Below are positions 27,227 through 32,000 of a stretch of 32,000 nucleotides of DNA, in pieces (the first letter of the stretch is position 1; each line of letters opens with the position of its first letter). Under the pieces are notes generated by a model. It was given only the letters and a program-made list of their open reading frames with translations. It did no database searches and was not told where the DNA came from. The stretch comes from Geotalea daltonii FRC-32 (GTDB lineage: Bacteria; Desulfobacterota; Desulfuromonadia; Geobacterales; Geobacteraceae), in assembly GCF_000022265.1 (NCBI RefSeq), contig NC_011979.1, positions 3,300,001 through 3,332,000 on the forward strand, read 5' to 3'. A program made the position numbers and the translations under genes.

Positions 27227-27257
27227 AGGCCCTTTCTCCCTGAAAGGGCCTTTTCTT
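27227..27257 (+). terminator. Intrinsic terminator forming the M-box expression platform
   Basis: AGGCCCTTT-CTCCCTG-AAAGGGCCT followed by TTTTCTT, immediately upstream of the CDS. Confidence 0.8.
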
Positions 27258-27281
27258 GTGAATACAGACCAAAAGGACATA

Positions 27282-28538
27282 ATGAGCGAGATCTTTCTCA
27301 GTACCGTGCTGGGAAAGACCGTCATCAACGCCCAGGGGCACGAGATCGGCAAATTATGGGACCTGATCATGGTTCCCGGCGAAGTGTTTCCCCAAGTCTC
27401 GCACCTTTTGGTAAAAAAGGGCTCGCGGGTCCTGGCCCTGCCCTGGAAACGCATCTCCCTTTTCAACCGTTATGTCATTTCCGTATCCGGCACCTCAAGC
27501 CATACTCCCGAATATCTGCCCAGAGAGAACGAGATCCTCGTCAAACGCCACATCCTCGACAAACAGATTGTGGACGTCAACGGGGCGAAGGTGGTTCGGG
27601 TCAATGACCTGAAGCTTGGCAGCTACAAGGACCACCTCTGCATATTCTTCGTCGATATCGGCTTCAGAGGGCTGCTGCGCCGCCTTGGGTATGAACGCCT
27701 CGGAGAAAAAATTGCCAGCTTTATGAAGATCAAGCTGGCACACCAGCATATCAGCTGGGAATATGTGCAACTGCTGGAAATGAACCTGTCCCGGCTGACT
27801 CTGACCGTTGCCCGGGAACAGATGCAGGAACTTCACCCTGCCGACCTTGCCCATATCATCTCCAGAATACCTGCCAAAAACATCCAGACCGTTTTGAACT
27901 CCCTGGATACGGAAACCGCAGGTGAAGCCATTCATGAACTGGAACCAGAGCTCAGAAGCCGCATCATCAGCCAGCTGGACAGTGAGCAGGCCTCTGACAT
28001 CCTGGAAGAAATGGATCCTGACGAAGCGGCCGACGTCCTCGGCGACCTCCCCGAAGAAAAGGCCCAGGAGCTGCTGGGTTTGATGGATGAGGAAGAGGCT
28101 GAGGATATTCAGGAACTCATGGAACACGAAGAAGATACCGCCGGCGGACTGATGAACAGTGAGTTTCTGTCTGTATCCAGCGAGCTCATGGTTGCTGATG
28201 CCATGAAGGTGGTAAGGCTTTTGGCCCCGGATGTGGAAACGGTCTATTACATTTATGTTGTGGATAAGGAAGAGCGCTTACAGGGGGTCATCAGTCTGAA
28301 GGAATTAATTCTGGCCCATGAGGAAGAACCTGTCTCCGAACTCATGACCACCAATCTGAAGACAGTGGGTGTTGAATCCACCCCGGAAGAAATTCTCGAA
28401 ATCATAGCCAAGTACAACCTGATAGCTGTGCCGGTTCTTGACAAGGAAGAAAAGATGGCAGGGTTGGTAACGGTTGACGATGTCCTGGAAATGTTCCTGC
28501 CTTACGCCCTGAAACGCAGACGATATCACCACCATTAG
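27282..28538 (+). CDS. Soluble PRC-barrel - MgtE_N - tandem CBS protein (MgtE cytosolic module without the membrane domain)
   Basis: ATG at 27282 with AAGGA 4 nt upstream; the track's GTG at 27258 sits in the terminator tail. PRC-like N-terminus (LGKTVINAQGHEIGKLWDLIM). Acidic MgtE_N helices (LHPADLAHIISRIP...DPDEAADVLGDLPEEKAQELL). Two CBS motifs (GVISLKELI, GLVTVDDVLE). It ends without TM segments. Confidence 0.75.
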   Translation: MSEIFLSTVLGKTVINAQGHEIGKLWDLIMVPGEVFPQVSHLLVKKGSRVLALPWKRISLFNRYVISVSGTSSHTPEYLPRENEILVKRHILDKQIVDVNGAKVVRVNDLKLGSYKDHLCIFFVDIGFRGLLRRLGYERLGEKIASFMKIKLAHQHISWEYVQLLEMNLSRLTLTVAREQMQELHPADLAHIISRIPAKNIQTVLNSLDTETAGEAIHELEPELRSRIISQLDSEQASDILEEMDPDEAADVLGDLPEEKAQELLGLMDEEEAEDIQELMEHEEDTAGGLMNSEFLSVSSELMVADAMKVVRLLAPDVETVYYIYVVDKEERLQGVISLKELILAHEEEPVSELMTTNLKTVGVESTPEEILEIIAKYNLIAVPVLDKEEKMAGLVTVDDVLEMFLPYALKRRRYHHH

Positions 28539-28572
28539 CAGTATCAGAAAACTCAAAGGATTTGGACGATAA

Positions 28573-29871
28573 ATGTTTACCGGCATCAGCATAACGAAGT
28601 TGTTCAAGCCCATCCGCAAGGTGAACAGAAAGAACATCTTTCTCTTTCTCGCCATCCTCGGGCCGGGAATAATTACCGCCAACGTGGATAACGATGCCGG
28701 CGGCATAACCACCTATTCACTGGCCGGCGCCCACTACGGCTACACCCTTCTTTGGGTCATGATCCCGACCATGATTGCCCTGGTTGTTATTCAGGAGATG
28801 TGCGCCCGCATGGGAGCGGTGACGGGCAAGGGGCTGTCGGACCTGATACGGGAGTCATTCGGCGTAAAGGTAACTTTCTATGTAATGATCGCCCTCCTGC
28901 TCACCAACATGGGCAACTCCGTTTCCGAATTCGCCGGAATTGCCGCCAGCCTTGAGTTGTTCGGCATCAGCAAATATGTGTCCGTCCCCATAAGTGCCGT
29001 CCTGGTATGGCTTCTGGTGGTGAAGGGCTCCTACAAGGTAGTGGAAAAGGTCTTCCTCGTGGCTTGCATGGTTTATATAGCCTACCCTGTCGCAGCATTC
29101 ATGGCCGGCCCCCAATGGGGCACAGTTCTTAAGGCAACCGTAGTCCCCAGTTTCCGCATGGACAGCGGCTACCTGATCACCCTCATCGGTGTCGTCGGTA
29201 CGACCATTGCTCCATGGATGCAGTTCTACCAGCAATCCGCCGTCGTCGAAAAGGGAATAACCATAGAACAGTACAGCTTTTCCCGGATGGATGTCATAGT
29301 CGGCTGCCTGATGGCCATCGTCGTCGCCTTTTTCATCGTCGTTGCCTGCGCCGCCACCATAAACCTGCAGGGGCTAAAGGTGGAGACCGCTGCAGATGCC
29401 GCTCTCGCCCTTAAACCCCTGGTGGGAGAGTATGCATCATCACTGTTCGCCTTCGGCCTTTTCAATGCTTCACTCTTTGCCGCCTGCATCCTCCCCCTTT
29501 CCACTTCCTACTACGTCTGCGAAGGAATGGGATGGGAGTCGGGGATCGACAAGGATTTCAGGCAGGCGCCCCAGTTTTTCTGGCTTTTCACCATCATCAT
29601 CGTCATCAGCGCGCTTACCATTCTCCTGCCCAACGTCCCACTGATCATGATCATGTTCATTTCGCAGGTGGTAAACGGCACAGTGCTTCCCTTCGTTCTC
29701 ATCTTCATGCTGCTCCTGATCAATGACAAAAGCCTGATGGGTAACCATACCAATGGTCATGTATTCAATTTTATTGCCTGGATCACCGTTGTTGTCATGA
29801 TTGGCCTGACGCTACTCATGACCGCAGATCTGCTGTCTCCCGGTGCAGTGGGAAGAATATTCGGGTTTTGA
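28573..29871 (+). CDS. NRAMP-related transporter with NRMT-type (Mg2+) binding-site substitutions
   Basis: 432 aa with about 11 TM helices and NRAMP-like GPGIITANVDNDAGGI...YGYTLLW. The canonical TM1 DPGN is DAGG (28693-28704). The canonical TM6 A-x-x-M-P-H is T-T-I-A-P-W (29200-29217). Confidence 0.8.
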   Translation: MFTGISITKLFKPIRKVNRKNIFLFLAILGPGIITANVDNDAGGITTYSLAGAHYGYTLLWVMIPTMIALVVIQEMCARMGAVTGKGLSDLIRESFGVKVTFYVMIALLLTNMGNSVSEFAGIAASLELFGISKYVSVPISAVLVWLLVVKGSYKVVEKVFLVACMVYIAYPVAAFMAGPQWGTVLKATVVPSFRMDSGYLITLIGVVGTTIAPWMQFYQQSAVVEKGITIEQYSFSRMDVIVGCLMAIVVAFFIVVACAATINLQGLKVETAADAALALKPLVGEYASSLFAFGLFNASLFAACILPLSTSYYVCEGMGWESGIDKDFRQAPQFFWLFTIIIVISALTILLPNVPLIMIMFISQVVNGTVLPFVLIFMLLLINDKSLMGNHTNGHVFNFIAWITVVVMIGLTLLMTADLLSPGAVGRIFGF

Positions 29872-29925
29872 ACCAAGGTCTGCGCCGGTAACTTGAGCAG
29901 TGCCTCCCTTTGAAGTAAAAATAGA

Positions 29926-29949
29926 AAAGCCCGGCATGCCGGGCTTTTT
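29926..29949. terminator. Bidirectional rho-independent terminator
   Basis: AAAAGCCCGGC-AT-GCCGGGCTTTT: a perfect stem flanked by A-run and T-run, between convergent genes. Confidence 0.85.
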
Positions 29950-29961
29950 CAGTCTTACCTG

Positions 29962-30501
29962 CTATTCCATCACATTCGGTGGCACACCAGCCTTTGCCGC
30001 AGATGCGTTAAAGGCATCCAGCTTCTTTCTCAGGTCGTTAAGTCTCGATTCCGTGTTCTTTACCGTATGCTGAAGGCTTAAGTACTCTGCACGGGACATC
30101 CTGGTTGTATCGCCCAGACGCCCATTCAGTTGATCCAGTTGTTCTTCTGCAGCCTTGACATCAGCTGAAAGCTTTCCGTATTCGGCCTTCCAGGCAGCTT
30201 CATTCTTACCACCATAAACGGCAGGCTTCTTTTTGGTTTCCGCTCCGGCAACATCTTCCCTTACCTTGCTCTGCCCCTCTTCCGCCGTAGTCTTTCCCTT
30301 TTCGCCATTGTCCGTCTCGATTACCCGGGGTTGAGAATCCTCTTCTGCCCCCAGTATTTTTACGCGCTTGCGGTACTTTTTAGGCACATTGCCCAAATCT
30401 TCCGTAAAATTGACCGTTCCTCTCTCATCAGTCCATTCATAGGTCACGGCGAATGCCGGCACAGCAAAAAGGAGAAGAGAAAATACTAGTAAGGTTTTCA
30501 T
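29962..30501 (-). CDS. Secreted DUF4124-like protein with coiled-coil C-terminus
   Basis: ATG at 30501 preceded by GGAGG. Signal peptide MKTLLVFSLLLFAVPAFA followed by VTYEWTDERGTVNFTED (DUF4124 signature). The upstream extension in the track overlaps the HIT gene. Confidence 0.7.
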   Translation of the reverse strand: MKTLLVFSLLLFAVPAFAVTYEWTDERGTVNFTEDLGNVPKKYRKRVKILGAEEDSQPRVIETDNGEKGKTTAEEGQSKVREDVAGAETKKKPAVYGGKNEAAWKAEYGKLSADVKAAEEQLDQLNGRLGDTTRMSRAEYLSLQHTVKNTESRLNDLRKKLDAFNASAAKAGVPPNVME

Positions 30502-30535
30502 GCAATTCCTCCACTTGATTAATCTATCTGTGTTG

Positions 30536-30880
30536 TTAGCCGGGAGGCCAGTTGAACTGCCTCCCACCGAGAAGGTGAAAGTGAATGTGAAATACCGACT
30601 GACCCGCTCCGGCATTATTGTTGTTGACGACACGGAAACCGTCCTCAGCAATGCCTCTTTCGCGGGCGATGGCTGCAGCGACCCGAAACACATGTCCTAT
30701 CAGGGCTTCGTCCTCCGGTTGAAGGTCAAGGGTATTGGCCACATGCTTTTTAGGGATGACAAGCAGATGTTGCGGCGCAACCGGAGCAATGTCCTGGATC
30801 ACCAAAAGCTGGTCGTCCTCGAAGACCGGCTTGACTGGGATTTCGCCTTTAATCATCCTGCAGAAGAGACAATCCGTCAT
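30536..30880 (-). CDS. HIT (histidine triad) family nucleotide hydrolase
   Basis: ATG at 30880 preceded by GGGAGGGGG. CLFCRMIKGEIP and histidine triad HIHFHLLGG. Confidence 0.88.
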   Translation of the reverse strand: MTDCLFCRMIKGEIPVKPVFEDDQLLVIQDIAPVAPQHLLVIPKKHVANTLDLQPEDEALIGHVFRVAAAIARERGIAEDGFRVVNNNNAGAGQSVFHIHFHLLGGRQFNWPPG

Positions 30881-30955
30881 GCAGCCCCCTCCCTTTCTGT
30901 GAAAAAATTTCAATAGTTGTTTATACTCCGCTGGATGCCGTTTTTCAAGAAATAC

Positions 30956-31699
30956 TCATTCATTGCCCGGCTTTGACAGGTAAATGAGAAATTCCCGGTT
31001 TCCTTTTGGTCCAAGTATGGGAGACTCGGTAATGCCTTTTACTTTCAGCTTCAGGTCAAGCGCCAGGGCAGTAATAACAGAAATAACCTCTGCATGTTTC
31101 TTTACGTCCCGCACCACTCCCCCCTTCCCCACCTCACCGCGCCCGACCTCGAACTGCGGCTTGATGAGAGCTACTACAACGGCAGAAGGCGAAATAAGAT
31201 TAAGTACCGGCGGCAGCACCTTGTCCAAAGATATGAAGGAGGCATCGATGACTGCCATCTGGGGAACCTCTCCCAACTTTTCCTGCTCCAGATAACGGAT
31301 GTTGGTCTTCTCCAGATTGATTACCCGTTCATCCTGGCGGAGCTTCCATGCCAGCTGACCATAGCCCACATCGACGGCAATAACCTTTGCTGCCCCGCGC
31401 TGGAGCAGGCAATCGGTGAAACCGCCGGTAGATGCCCCAACATCCATGACAACCAGGCCGGTTACGTCTATGGCGAATTCATCGAGGGCCTTTTGCAGCT
31501 TTAAGCCACCACGACTGACAAAGGGAAGCACCTCCCCTTTCAGGCGTATTTCCGCATCGACGGCAACCATTTGTCCGGCCTTATCGGCCAGATGGTCGTC
31601 CACCACCACCTGCCCGGCCATGATCAGCGCCTTGGCCCGTTCCCGTGAAGGCGCCAGTCTCCGATCGAGCAGAATCTTATCCAGCCTCTCTTTAGCCAC
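30956..31699 (-). CDS. tlyA: TlyA family rRNA 2'-O-methyltransferase
   Basis: 247 aa, GTG start. S4-like N-terminus (RLDKILLDRRLAPSRERAKALI). FtsJ-type SAM motif VMDVGASTGGFTD. Confidence 0.85.
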   Translation of the reverse strand: MAKERLDKILLDRRLAPSRERAKALIMAGQVVVDDHLADKAGQMVAVDAEIRLKGEVLPFVSRGGLKLQKALDEFAIDVTGLVVMDVGASTGGFTDCLLQRGAAKVIAVDVGYGQLAWKLRQDERVINLEKTNIRYLEQEKLGEVPQMAVIDASFISLDKVLPPVLNLISPSAVVVALIKPQFEVGRGEVGKGGVVRDVKKHAEVISVITALALDLKLKVKGITESPILGPKGNREFLIYLSKPGNE

Positions 31700-31728
31700 T
31701 TTTTTCGGTTCCCATCTTAATGCTCATT

Positions 31729-32000
31729 TCAGATAATCCCATGGAGAACACCGCCCGGAGCGCCCAAAGCATCGACCTTTCTTTCAATGGCCGGATCCGG
31801 GATCAGTGGTGGCGCATGGTATTCCTTGGTTCTGGCATCGATTATCAGTGGGCCGGTGCAGCCCCAGTGTTTGCTCACGTCGGTTGCGCCGATGCCGTAG
31901 GTATCAGAAGCGGGATTCGATTTGGTAAAGGTGACCCAGAGAAAATTGTTCAAGGTTCTGGCGGTGAATTCACTATCATCGACAATCACCACCAAGGGAA
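31729..32000 (-). CDS. C-terminal fragment of a UbiD-family decarboxylase; 5' end is outside the window
   Basis: Frame is open to the window edge. VVIVDDSEFTARTLNNFLWVTFTKSNPASD...PLIIDAR resembles the conserved UbiD C-terminal half. Confidence 0.55.
   Translation of the reverse strand, partial: PLVVIVDDSEFTARTLNNFLWVTFTKSNPASDTYGIGATDVSKHWGCTGPLIIDARTKEYHAPPLIPDPAIERKVDALGAPGGVLHGII

Noticed and set aside
30502-30693. Upstream extension of the DUF4124 ORF
   Set aside because: It overlaps the HIT gene in another frame. The signal peptide with a GGAGG RBS starts at 30501.

Overview
Gene-dense, chromosomal-looking 32-kb segment with about 33 CDS, a four-tRNA operon and short intergenic spacers. 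Gene content (rubrerythrin, B12-dependent class II RNR, many GAF/TPR/c-di-GMP proteins, lipoproteins) suggests an anaerobic Desulfobacterota/deltaproteobacterium-like genome; this is inference only. I see no transposase, integrase, phage gene, CRISPR array or recognisable defence gene, so I cannot honestly claim a clear novel defence-type island. Housekeeping content: Tex fragment, tRNA Pro-Arg-His-Leu operon, rdgB, rph, nrdJ with tandem NrdR boxes, rubrerythrin, GIY-YIG protein, PepF, an Opp/Dpp-like ABC importer, lgt, HIT, tlyA and a UbiD fragment. Four things deserve a second look. (1) Two diverged copies (418-597 and 9952-10098) of a rod-like structured element have helices preserved by compensatory and + strand-specific G-U changes, so this is a candidate ncRNA family. 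(2) A translationally coupled operon (20158-26095) encodes an APH-fold/P-loop kinase, a small membrane protein, an SLC5(SSS)-GAF-PP2C sensor phosphatase, a STAS protein and an RsbW-like kinase. It has no sigma factor, and a C10 homopolymer lies inside the kinase gene. (3) An M-box Mg2+ riboswitch controls a stand-alone PRC-MgtE_N-CBS soluble protein plus an NRAMP-related transporter carrying the Mg2+-type (NRMT) site substitutions. This looks like an MgtE cytosolic sensor split off and paired with a different transporter fold. (4) An Opp-like operon lacks ATPase genes but carries a TPR lipoprotein, an orphan protein and a TPR-less M48 peptidase. All protein calls come from reading motifs in the supplied translations; no database search was run.
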